Source: Pseudovirgaria hyperparasitica
Taxonomy: Eukaryota
Length of the DNA stretch: 64,000 nucleotides
Strand: one strand, 5' to 3'
Assembly: GCA_010093815.1 (NCBI GenBank)
Contig: ML996572.1
The translations under genes were made by a program, and so were the position numbers. Shown here piece after piece: positions 13,755 through 25,114 of this stretch. The first letter of the stretch is position 1, and each line of letters begins with the position of its first letter. The notes beneath the pieces were generated by a model. That model was not told the DNA's origin, ran no database searches, and worked only from the letters and a program-made list of their open reading frames with translations.

Positions 13755-14065
13755 AGGAATTAAGGAACTTCCTTAGAAAGTTCGAACTTAGAACTTTAAA
13801 AAATTAACTAAAAAAGAGACTTAGAAAAATAATTCACTAAGAGAAATAGACATCGAAAATCGGTGCCAATCAGTATAGATCAGTATAGATTACTAAAGAG
13901 ATTAAAGAAGTTATTATTAAAGAAAGATGAAATTAAGGAAGCTAAAAGAAAATATAAAGATCTATATAGATCTATATAAACTTATACTAATCTATCTAGA
14001 AGAAGTAAGATCGCTTTAAAATTAAAACTGAAAAAACTAAAACGCTAGATAAAAGAGACATATTA

Positions 14066-15074
14066 GCACTAATTAGTATAGATCTAAACCGATTAAGTTG
14101 GAGTAGGAGTAGAAGTACTAATTACCGCGATAGTTACATCTAATTCCTTCCGCTGGTTCTTGTTTAGTATAGTATAGAGCTTTATAACATAAGTCTCTAG
14201 CCTTTTGTTCCGACGCTATAAATTCTATATAGCGCGCCTTATAGCTATGAACTCCTCTATAGAAACCTACGGAGCGGCGGAACCTAGGACGGAGAGGGAC
14301 GGACCGGCGCGGGCACGCTAAGAATTATATAAATTAGCGAAAAGATTCAACGATCGGTATAGAACCACATACTATTAGTATAGAAACTTCTAGATTAGAG
14401 CCATCTTCCCTAAATTTACGGCTCTTTAGCACGCGCGAGGAAGGAACCTTAGCCTTTTTACTAGAACCTTTTCTAGGAATTTTAATATCGCCGGTATATA
14501 GAAAGAAGTCCGAAGGAGCAGAGATTTTAGCACTATTATAGAGATTAATATATATTAGTAAGAATCTATAACGATTTAAGAAAAACGATATTACCTAGTA
14601 ATCGCGGTAATAATAGCTATAGTAGATTCCGATAAACCCTTACAGATCTTATTAGAATCGTACTCCTAGGCGTAACCCTTACCTTAGGTATATAGCTCGT
14701 AGAAAGCCTTCTCTAAGGCGTTACGATCGGTGGTACTACGCTCCTTATTAGCAGGGGTTACTAGAGGCCTAGTAGTAATCTATACCGATATAAGTAAATC
14801 TACGTAAAGTTCTTCGAACTTACTTAAATACCTATAAGTAATAACGCTTCTTGGTTATATAAGTACCGTATATTATAGATTTAGTACTACCGTAAGTAAT
14901 ATACGACGGAAAGCGATAACCATAATAATATATAGCTAGATTATTAGAGCCCGGCCTAGGTTAGGGTAGATTAATGGCTTTTAACATGTCGGTAACGTAT
15001 ATAAGATAGGGATTATTCGAAGGCGCCTATTTCCGCGCCGATTACTTTAGAGCGTCGAGATTTCGGGAAACCAT
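14066..15074 (-). pseudogene. Antisense extra ORF within the retrotransposon, Cys-rich N-terminus, probably spliced; 3' end approximate
   Basis: ATG at 15074 gives MVSRNLDALK(Q)SARK(Q)APSNNP(C)L.(C)VTDMLKAINLP...; GTAAGT donor at 14823. Confidence 0.5.
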
Positions 15075-15558
15075 ATTATGATTATTATTAATTTATATAG
15101 ATTATTACGAATTATGTTATTACTAGCTAAGGACGGTACGAAAATTAGTAAATTACGCAAATCGCACTAAATAGTAGTAAATCTACATAAATCTATGTCT
15201 ATAAGGATCGGGTGATATACCTAATAATCTAAAAAACTCTATAAAGAGTTAAGAAGTTTTTTAAAGAAAGGAATATTTCTAAGAAAAGATTTTAATATAG
15301 GTAGTACCCGGGCTTACCTAATTACATCACGTGATACGCTAGGCCTAATTAGGTAATCTCACCTATATAAGAAGTTAAGATAGATAAAATCTAGTTTATT
15401 AGGAAAACACTTATATAAATCTTAGATCAGCAAATATCAGTAAGTATCTAAGATAAAGCGTAGAGAACGACTAAGGTCTTACGAGACTTAGGATGGGGAT
15501 ATAGAGATAGGTAATAATCTAGGTCGCTAAGGGTAGCTTCCTAGAGGGAAGGGATAAT

Positions 15559-15786
15559 TATTAGGACTTAGCCTTAGGCAGGACTCGACCTATACGTACC
15601 TTAGCTAATAGGGTTAGGAGGTAACGTGAAGGGCGGTAAATAGTCACATGCTAGATAGATTAGCGTCCCTTTATATATATACTCTCGGATTCCTACCAAA
15701 AGGGTTCGGTAGTAATTCGTTCTGTGATAGAATACACCCCATTGTTCTATCTGGCTACACTACTATCCAATAATCCTATTCTTATA
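15559..15786 (+). repeat. 3' LTR
   Basis: Copy of 8404-8631 with about 18 transition-only differences; preceded by a polypurine tract. Confidence 0.95.
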
Positions 15787-15791
15787 CTTAT

Positions 15792-16540
15792 ACTCTTCGT
15801 TTCTTTATAGCTTTATATCCGGGGTATAGTACTCTAACTTTAAACTTTAGATTAATATCGTGTTTTGGTTTCCTTATATAAATACGATTAATATAAGATA
15901 GAATCTTAACCTTATCTATAAGGGCGAATAAGACTTCTATTAAGTATATATACTTATTTAAGATAGACTAAGATTAGATAACTAGAGATGTTTTTCCGTT
16001 AAACTCCTACGACTCATTAATAACTATCTCTTATATAGCCTTATTTATCTTATCCTTAGTCTTATCTAGTGCCTAGAACTCGCGTAGAGTTAAAGATAGG
16101 TTCTTCTATTTCTCCTTCTTTCCATTAATACGAAGTACTAATATTAGATATAGTATAAAGAGAGTAATAGCCGTAGAAGGACTTAATAGAGGAGGCTCGT
16201 TTTCTATATTATGCTTATTACTATATAACAGCAATAGCGACGAATATATATCTATCGCCTTATTTAACGCCTATAGTATAGAGATAAGTATCTCTACTAT
16301 ATTCGCGTTATAATTAGATATACTAGCCGTATATTTAACGATAGGAGCTAGTATACTATTTACCGTCTTACTCTTAGACTTCCTATTTCGGACTACCTAA
16401 CTACGGCTTACTATCGCCCTTACTATCGGTTAATATATACGACGCGTTTAAGGAGAAGGAGGAGCCTCTATTAAGTAGTCGGGTATCTTAAGCGGCCTAC
16501 TAAAACGAGCCCTCTTACCGCTACGACGCGCTATAGGCAT
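15792..16540 (-). pseudogene. 5' part of the DNA transposon's second ORF, RIP-mutated
   Basis: ATG at 16540, just inside the right TIR: MPIARRSGKRARFSRPLKIPDYLIEAPPSP(Q)TRR...; continues toward the Gypsy insertion point. Confidence 0.55.
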
Positions 16541-16588
16541 GGTTTAAGGGTATTTTAAGTATTATATAATATGGAGATAAGGCTAATG

Positions 16589-16734
16589 AGTGCCTATATA
16601 CGTGGATTCGACGTATTTCACGACGTTATGGCTGCTATGCACGATAATGTTCAAAATGCTCATTTACTATGGAAAAACGTTATGTCGCGCATAGGCGTGC
16701 ATGCCAAGAGTTGCGCTGAAAAAGTTACGGACGG
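16589..16734 (-). repeat. Right terminal inverted repeat
   Basis: Ends ...GCTGAAAAAGTTACGGACGG followed by AT. Confidence 0.95.
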
Positions 16735-16960
16735 ATGGTCTTGGCGCTTTCAACAATCGAGCGATCCGAATGCATCATGAGAAATTGGCTGGCTTACCAG
16801 TGGCTGGAGCTACCCAGAGCGGCATCTACTACCGACCACATTATCGTCGTATATATACTGAATCTGGCCTAGATCATGACTGACTCGAATGTATAAGAAG
16901 TCTACGCGGACCCGGAGCGTACGAGGCTCGCGACTTCTCCTCCCTCCCTAATATTCCACT

Positions 16961-18798
16961 ATGAGGCTCCTAGATACAAACACAAAGAAGCTTCACAACT
17001 TCATAGCTGAGGTACCAGCCTACGCAATCCTCTCGCATCGATGGAGAGCAGAGGAAGTCACATTCCAGGATCTCCAACGGCAAGACGTGTCTTCCATGAA
17101 GGGATGGGCGAAATTAAGCAGTGCATGCGAGTTTGCCAAATCATTTGGCTGCGACTGGCTGTGGATGGATACGTGCTGCATCGATAAGACGAGTAGTACT
17201 GAATTGACTGAATCGCTCAACTCTATGTTCAGATGGTACAAGAAGTCTGCAATTTGCATTGCGTATATTGACGATCTGGACATAGAGAGCTGGGAAAATA
17301 ATCTTTCTAGAGCAAGCTGGTTCACTCGAGGATGGACATTGCAGGAGCTAATTGCCCCTAGTGAGGTTCTCTTCACTACCAAGGGATGGGACGTCATTGG
17401 ATCCAAGACAAAATTGGCTCGCAAACTAGCAGAAGTTACGGGAATCGAAGAGGTGGTGCTCAAGACTGGCAGCATGGATGATGTCAACGTCGCACAGAAG
17501 CTTGCTTGGGCTAGTAATCGAGAGACTTCCAGAATCGAAGACGGGGCTTACTGTCTACTTGGGATATTTAACGTCAATATGCCAGCCCTCTATGGCGAGG
17601 GGTGCAATGCCTTCATCCGGCTGCAGGAGGAAGTTTTGAAGAAGAGCGATGATCGCAGCATATTCGCTTGGGGGTAAGTATCAACAAGTCTTGCTCGAGT
17701 CCGTTCATCCTCGATAACCCCGTATACGGTTACTAACAGCGACCTTATACCTTTTCTGACGATGATACTAGCATGCTCTCTGAGTGCTCACCTTCAGGTC
17801 CCCTTCCAAGTCCCTCCAAGACCGATATTACAGGGCCCCAATTCCGCATTGGCCTGCTATCTCCATCTCTTGAAGGCTTTCAAGACTCCTCACCTCTGCA
17901 TAATATCACGCTCTCTTATCTCTGTAAACGTCTCTCGATCCCTCCAATAGACGGCGAAATCACTACCACGAACTACGGTACCAAGATTCTCTTTCCCATG
18001 TTTCCCATTGAAGCCGCAACAGACGATTATCAGCATCATAACGTCTATATTGCGCTTCTTTCTTGCGAAAGTTTAGACGGCAATGTCATCGGCATCTACC
18101 TTCACCAACTTTCTGACCACCATTTTGCCCGCGTCAGCTCCTTTGTTGCTCCTGACCTCCTTAGTATTCCCTACTCACTCATTCCCACGAAGAAACTCAT
18201 CTACGAAAAATGGATTTACGTTACACGTGAGCCGCCGGCTCCACACGCCGTCTCCATCCTCGCCATGATAAACGCCACCGCACTCTTGCGCTTCTGTGCC
18301 GAGTCCGGCTTCATAATCACCGGCGAGGGTGAGATTGGAGAGTTGAACAGTTGGGGACCGCCTGTATTGCCATCTGCGGACACCATGGAGCCGTGGACGG
18401 TGGATGCCCAGGAACTGGAGCCTAAGTACGTCCTCCTACAAAAGCAATCGTCGAAGCTTGGTCTACTCCTCGCCCTCACAATAGAGCCAGAGCGGCAGGG
18501 GCGTGCAGACCGCAACTTGTTCTCCGTCAAAGTGTGTGTACTTGCGGAGCGTGGCGGAGACGCGCCATATACAGACGAACATAGTCTTGAGGCAGTGAAG
18601 AATATTGTTGAGTTTTGGAAGACGACAAAGAAGGATGACACACCTATCTCGAGCTATTGTACCGTCGCGGTGCCAGATATGGGAGAAATGACACTACTCA
18701 TGATCTGTGAAACAGAGCCAAATTGGAGGAACGTGGACTCATATAATGACTGTAGATATAGACTGGTATTGAGATGGAATGGGAGAAGATTAGCGTGA
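16961..18798 (+). CDS. HET-domain (heterokaryon incompatibility, HET-E-type) protein with unknown C-terminal region; intron 17674-17771
   Basis: MRLLDT, YAILSHRW, WLWMDTCCIDKTSSTEL.ESLNSMFRWY, WFTRGWTLQELIAP, AYCLLGIF.VNMPALYGEG and SDDRSIFAW. The intron joins in frame to ORF 17773-18798. Confidence 0.92.
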
Positions 18799-19251
18799 CC
18801 TCTTGCAACTATAGAGAGAGTCTTCGTGTATGGCAAAGTGTAGAATGCCCAGAGCATATTTACTCTAATGCCCTACAGACTGTACCAGGTACATGCAGCT
18901 CTCAAATAGGATTCAGGATACCTCCTGTGCAGGAATTCGCTCTCCAGTAAGGCTAAACTATGTAAATGTTGGCCTCTAGATTGCGGTGCATATTGTGGGC
19001 CCAAATAGCTGCGTGATCATTTGTAAGTCAGTATACGATCTTTGCGTATCTATAAGCGACACAATGGTCCTCAAGAGGATAATACTTTGAGTTCGTGTGT
19101 ACCAATACATGTTCGTTACGTTAGCTGATAATATATTCGTTTCAATTGACTTCTCTCGAAGTTTCGGTCATGTTCATATGCGACATTCATATATACATTA
19201 TAGATCATAGCCCTTGGCTGTTCCACAATTCCCGTTATTTCATATCTCCAT

Positions 19252-20418
19252 CTATGCAGCCCCGTTGTACGCGATGGCGTTAGGAGTGCCAATTTTCAAG
19301 GTAAGTCCCTTGGCGGCACCCATGGTGCTTAAGTCAACAATACGCTTGCAAAGCGCAGCAGGAGTACGCGAACCCTCAAGAGTGAGAAGGTAGGCACCAA
19401 GGCCGGTGATATGAGGGGTAGCCATGGAGGTACCAGATATCGTGTTCGTATCGTCATCAGAGCCGTTCCAGGTCGACGTAACGTTTAAACCAGGAGCAAG
19501 GATGTCAACAAGCGCACCCCAGTTAGAAAAGCTGGCAAGTGTGTCGGTGCTATCAATAGCACCGACTGTGCAAGCACTCTTCTCAGATGCGGGGGATGAG
19601 GTGATAGTAGGAAGACCAGAGTTTCCAGCCGCTATGGCGAGGAAAAGGCCTTGGTCGATGGCGGCCTTAGCGGCGTCATTGGTCATCTGGGAGAAGACTC
19701 CGCCCAGAGAAAGGTTACCGACAGCCTTACCGGTACGACCTTTGGCCTTCATATCGTTGGCAGCCCATGCAATACCTTCCAGTACACCCGAGTTAGAGCC
19801 GGAACCGGAGGCGTCGAGGACCTTGACGGCAATAAGAGAAGTTCTCTTCGCAACGCCGTAGGTTGCTGAGCCGACCGTTCCTGCAACATGCGTTCCATGG
19901 CCGTTGCCATCGCTGTTGTCGTTATCACCAGCAAAGTTAGCACCGAATGAAGCTCGTCCTCCAAAGTCATGATGGGTAGTGCGAATGCCGGTGTCGATGA
20001 TATACGCAAACGTGCCCTCGCCTGCAGAGGAATCGTAGACATAGTTTGAGCTGGGAGTACGGTGCGAGATACGAGCCAGACCATAAGGAGGATTATTCTG
20101 AGTGATGAGAGCACTGGCATAGACCTTGGTGTCTGGTTCGATGGCTTCAATAGAGGCAAGGTTGGCAACAAGCTGAGAAAGAGCGTTGTCACCCTCGAAG
20201 GCGAAACCTTGAAAGGCGCCAATATTGAAAGTGCGGGTTGGCTCAGCACCGAGGACTTGTCCCACACTGGCAAGAGCGCTTGACAGAGCATTTGCGTCAG
20301 AGCCAGACTTGAACTTTGCAATCCACTTGTTAGGAATGACCTCCTGGTCGGCACGCGTCTCGCGAATGGGAGCGGCGAGGACAGCCGGCACAGCGGCAAG
20401 GAGGGTAAAGAAACGCAT
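19252..20418 (-). CDS. Secreted subtilisin-like serine protease (S8, proteinase K family) with I9 propeptide
   Basis: Signal peptide; catalytic motifs IIDTGI, GHGTHVAG and SGTSMATPH. Confidence 0.97.
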   Translation of the reverse strand: MRFFTLLAAVPAVLAAPIRETRADQEVIPNKWIAKFKSGSDANALSSALASVGQVLGAEPTRTFNIGAFQGFAFEGDNALSQLVANLASIEAIEPDTKVYASALITQNNPPYGLARISHRTPSSNYVYDSSAGEGTFAYIIDTGIRTTHHDFGGRASFGANFAGDNDNSDGNGHGTHVAGTVGSATYGVAKRTSLIAVKVLDASGSGSNSGVLEGIAWAANDMKAKGRTGKAVGNLSLGGVFSQMTNDAAKAAIDQGLFLAIAAGNSGLPTITSSPASEKSACTVGAIDSTDTLASFSNWGALVDILAPGLNVTSTWNGSDDDTNTISGTSMATPHITGLGAYLLTLEGSRTPAALCKRIVDLSTMGAAKGLTLKIGTPNAIAYNGAA

Positions 20419-22866
20419 ATTGATACCTGAAACGAAAATGTAGTATATCTTAAGCGTGCTGCTGGGACAAGCAGGATGAACAGCAGGAGAGGATGGGCTT
20501 CTTATAGCAGAGCGAGCACACCATATTCCGAAATCTTGATCCTGCCAAGCATGCCTTTCGGCCGCTTATTCCTAGGGCTGGGTGAAGAGAAGAATTCGAG
20601 GTTGAAGATCATAACATAATCGGACAGAAGGTTGCCGCCAAAGGACAAAAAACCAGCGAACCAGAGGAGTGCCAAGATTGAAATGGCCAAAGAATTGATA
20701 AAGGGCAGGAGTAGCATAGCGCCAGCGGCTGAGTCGAGAAAGAGATCTTCGTAGATCAAGCCAGGCGTATACAAGCGGAATGCAGAATGACGAATCTCAC
20801 GCTGCGGTGTGAACTCCCGTGTTGATTGCATGTCTCCCAAGCGCTGTGTGGATAGGATGACCATTCAATGTGGGGTGAAGTGTGAACGCTGCCTCGGTGT
20901 TGTTGAGATTCCTTGCGGGGTCGCACTACGCCTGCGCTATCACTATCACTATCGTGGATCTCAGCACTCCGCTAGTCTATCCTCTTCGGGGAGACGGATC
21001 GCTGTCAGTCTAGATAACGCACTCTTGTTACCTGGCTAATGGATAGGTCCAAAGTGACAGGTCTAGCTCACACCGTGAGAAACCGTAAGAGAGCATGAGC
21101 TACAGCACAGGCTGCGACTCGGGCTGACGTTCAGGACCGGCTCCAAGAATACTCCTCAAGCAAGCCGGAGAACAGAAAGCCGAAATGCAGTCGCCCTCGA
21201 TCCGTATGCAGACATACCCTCTTCTCCGGTGGCTAGGGCTTTTTCAAACCTTCCTGTCGTAGAATAGCACATCCTCGTGTCTCTGAGCTTAAACTAGACG
21301 ACGTCTCTTGGCATCAGTATGATCTTTCCTTCTTTCGGGTTACTGGCATTACACCGTTCCAAAAGTTCATGGTAGTGCCTCTGTCCGAAGGGATACTCGT
21401 CGATGAGAGGAGCGTCGAGATGGCAACTGCGATACTTCGAGTGGAGAGCAATAGAGACGATGCTAGCTTGTCCTCTGCAGATCTCGTTGATGTGGTGGAA
21501 TTTTGCCTCTTCGGTGGCTTGTGGCTGTCGCTGGTGTTTGATAGTGTCTGATGGTGATGCAACGGTAGACGCCTCTTATTCTGCTGTACAGGACAAACCT
21601 TGAGGGTCGTGAGGCAGGAGGCCGAGGCTCCCCGGCACTCAGCCCTAAGCTTCCAGGTTTGCGCCTAAGGCAGTGAACTGTTAGGACCAAGTGGTCCACC
21701 GGGGCGGCAAATCGCACCCCGGCCAAATCCGTCAACCACAAGCAGGCAGCGGGCACAACTTGATTTGCATTAATTACCTCAGAGGAACTTTCACATATTC
21801 TCTCTGCATTGCGACGTTAGAGACACTACCCAATCGTCTTGCTCTAGAACATTGTAATCAGGGCTTAGCCGAGTACCTTTTTGACGCCGAGGGCCCGAGA
21901 TGACGAGCCAATGAAGGTGTCTTGACTGTTGGCAACATTGATTGGGACTACAATATCTGTAGAATCACGGTCCATAGCTAATCCATTATTCAGTCGATGT
22001 TACTCTCAGCCTATCGCGCATAAAGCCCTCGAACTAGTATGCAGGTCCGTGCAGCGCCTGTGTATCATCACTGAATCTTCTGCTTCTTCTTCTTTACTTA
22101 TGCAAGGCATCTAGCTATGGCGCTTCATTAATCTACATCTATCAGCTATTAGCTAGCCTCTTGCTCACAGACAACAGAACCACATAGTGCAATGTACCTT
22201 CTTCGTGTAGATTGCACTATGTATACCTACCAGGTTTATTTCATAGTCCATCTGCTGAAAATAGTTCACTGCTTGATGACTACAATTGTCAATGAAGCAT
22301 ATTCGTATACCAATGTCTCGAATAATACCAATCACCCTCTTCTGACCTATACTTCTTATGTTATCATAGAGCAGTCTGGAGAGGGTCCTGTGGACCTGTA
22401 TTAGTGGTGTGATGATTAATCTAAACACCGCGCTAGTAAAGTATTTTAGTTAGGGGACGGAAGCTCAAACGAATTTGAGAGACAAAGAAGTACCTAAGAG
22501 ACATTCTTCAATCGCTTAGTATCAGTAGAATAATAGCCTCGCTTCTACCTCTCTCAATCAGAATCAAACCAGTGTAAAATAAAATATTGTGTCCGTAGCG
22601 TAATCTGCATGTTCTCTCCTGACAGCGCTATACGAGCCTCCCCACATTATTTACCCCTGTTCCCTGTCAGCAAGGCGGGACCATTCTCCCGGAGAGGCTC
22701 AACTCATGGCCCGAGCCTCATCAAATACGTTAGATGACGACCGTTCAGTCCACATCGAGATATCGTATCATCGAAATTGCAACACCTTGCTTCTTATTTC
22801 TTATAAGGTTACGATGCTTGCAGTGATGTGGTACGAAAGCATTCCTCAATACCAGCCACTCTCAAC

Positions 22867-24122
22867 ATGCATTCAAGCAGTTTTGCAGTCGTGCTGATTG
22901 CTGTTACTGTACCTGCTCTTGCGCAGTCCGGGGCCTGGGCCCAATGCGGTGGGGACAGCTTTTCTGGACCTAAGACTTGCACGTCAGGATACTACTGCGC
23001 GAAGCTGAACGATTTCTACTCGCAATGTCAACCTGGAGCAGCCATATCCGCACCTGCCAGCGCCATCCCAGCTCTATCCTCGACTAGTTCAAGAGTCCCA
23101 TGGTGGTTCGGTATCAATCTATCCGGCGCGGAGTTCGGGGAAGGTAAGTTTCCCGGCGACTACGGCATCGACTACACCTGGTACAACAAATCCACCATCG
23201 ACACTTTGATCTCGGTGGGCATCAATCATTTACGTGTCAACTTCCTCATGGAACGCCTTACGCCAGGTTCCCTGACTGGTGCTTTCGACCCATACTATCT
23301 CGGAAATCTGACTGATCAAATCGATTATATCACCAGCAAGGGTGCATATGCTATGGTACAACCACACAACTATGGCCGCTTCTATGACGAAATCATCACC
23401 GACACCGCAGGCTTCAAGACCTGGTGGTTGAATGTTGCAAGACTGTACAAGGATAATGATAAAGTTGTCTTTGACATCAACAATGAATTCTATGACATGG
23501 ACCAGCAACTCGTCTTCGAACTCAATCAGGCCGGTATCGACGGCATTCGTGGTGCTGGTGCTAACAAGCAATGGATCACACCTGAAGGGAACTCGTGGAC
23601 GGCGGCCTCAACGTGGGTGTCTAGCGGTAATGGCGCGAGTTTAGTGAAGTTAGTGGATCCAAGCGACAAGCTGATTTATCAGATGCATCTGTACCTTGGT
23701 GAGTCCATATCAATTCTCTGAAAACTTGGGAATAATATATTGTCTAACACGATGATAGACACGGATGCCTCAGGCAATGATCAAACATGTGTTAGCGGAA
23801 CAATCTTTGAAGAACGTCTCGTCGCGGCGACAACTTGGTTGAGAGAGAACAAGAAGCTGGGCTTGATTGGCGAGTTTGCAGGAGGTGCAAACGAGCTGTG
23901 CATTCAGGCGTTTATTGGCGGTCTGAAGTACCTCAAGGCAAATCGTGATGTGTGGACCGGACATATGTGGTGGGCTGCTGGGCCGGTGAGTGAAACAGCT
24001 TTGCTTTCTCATGATTCTGGCTAACAGGTTGATAGTGGTGGGACGGTTACCCCTATAGTATGGAGCCGCTGGTTGGTATTGCATACACCGACGTCCTACC
24101 CAAGATTCTGCCGTACGTATAG
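22867..24122 (+). CDS. GH5 endo-beta-1,4-glucanase with N-terminal CBM1 (2 introns)
   Basis: Signal peptide, CBM1 WAQCGG...C..GYYC..LNDFYSQC, GINLSGAEFG, HNYGRF, FDINNE, LIGEFAGG and WWAAGP/WW. Confidence 0.95.
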
Positions 24123-25114
24123 GTACGCTTCGATCATCCACTGACCCTTAGACTATTCTGCTCGCTTTACCAGATAGAATTATATGCCAAGATTAGATCG
24201 TATGACATAATTGACAGCTAGCTTACGCATATGAGTGCATTATTACCGCCGGATTTACTTTGGGGTTTGTTTTATGGGAATGAGTAGTAAGACTTGGATA
24301 TAGCTGAGTCCGTAGTCCGTAGGCGCAATAGTGCTCAATATACATGCGACCTGGTGCTAACAACAAATTCAAGTCTTTATTTAAGAAGCCTACATGTTGA
24401 GGGCTTGATCACCCCTAAGACATATCTGAGCATATGTTTACTTAGGGAAGACATGAAGACGCTCGTCAAACACTCAAGTAGTGGTAATGGGCAGCCTCAA
24501 GTGACCGACGGTAGGTGTAATGTAGGTCATGAGCCGACTTAGCCATACCTCCATGACACCAAATATGGCAGATATTAGTAAGATGGAGTTGAACGACCAG
24601 GATAATATCATATCGAGATTGTCGGCCTTTGCATTGCAAGTATAGACCCTTGGACGGCTCATAGAACGCTGGCCCGCCGCCGCGTAATGCTTGTACGGCC
24701 ATTCGACCAACGGAGAAGAGTGGGGTCCAAATCTGGGGATCTCTCTGCTCCCCATGCTTCTGATACTAACACTCCAGGAGTAGACAAGGCGGAGAAGTGT
24801 TGAAGCGTGCAGTTCGCTCGTTCCTGTTGGCTAGGCTTGCGGTTGTTAGGCACGGACCACATCCACAACAAGGTCGACGTCATGGATCATAGCTGCCGAC
24901 GTCCTCAGATCTCCACCTCGAACTTTCCCGAAGCCGTAACGTGTCAATCATGCACGGATTCTATGAGGGACTGTGGATCTTACGGATCACGAGACCCGTA
25001 CATTCAGGTTGTTTGCATTTTGAAAGGACGACGGTCCCACATCTAGATATTGTTACTCTTTGCGAGCAGATGTGGTGACGAGACTTTCCACCAGTTCACT
25101 CTTCGCTCTACCAC

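Larger units (their letters stand above)
8404..15786 (+). mobile_element. Full-length Ty3/Gypsy chromovirus LTR retrotransposon, RIP-inactivated
   Basis: 228-bp LTRs, CTTAT target-site duplication (8399-8403, 15787-15791), PPT AGAGGGAAGGG before the 3' LTR, and gag zinc knuckle, protease, RT, RNase H, integrase and chromodomain in Gypsy order. Confidence 0.97.
5633..16734 (+). mobile_element. IS630/Tc1-mariner-type DNA transposon, about 3.56 kb native length, RIP-mutated, with two nested LTR insertions
   Basis: 146-bp terminal inverted repeats (CCGTCCGTAACTTTTTCAGCGC...), AT on both flanks, degenerate DDE_3 transposase and a convergent second ORF. Confidence 0.9.

Noticed and set aside
5862..16540. 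Frequent in-frame TAG/TAA suggesting an alternative genetic code
   Set aside because: Stops are essentially confined to repeats and their immediate flank and fit C>T RIP; host genes terminate normally at TAA/TAG/TGA.
16571..16883. ORF-track ORFs 16571-16780 and 16701-16883
   Set aside because: They run through the right TIR and flank; chance frames in a non-coding repeat.
22182..22222. 12-bp perfect inverted repeat (ACATAGTGCAAT/ATTGCACTATGT)
   Set aside because: Isolated hairpin with no TSD, second copy or RNA-gene hallmarks.
22676..22692. CGG-N11-CCG upstream of the GH5 cellulase
   Set aside because: Spacing does not match the CGG-N8-CCG ClrB/Clr-2 site; a single short match is not supportable.
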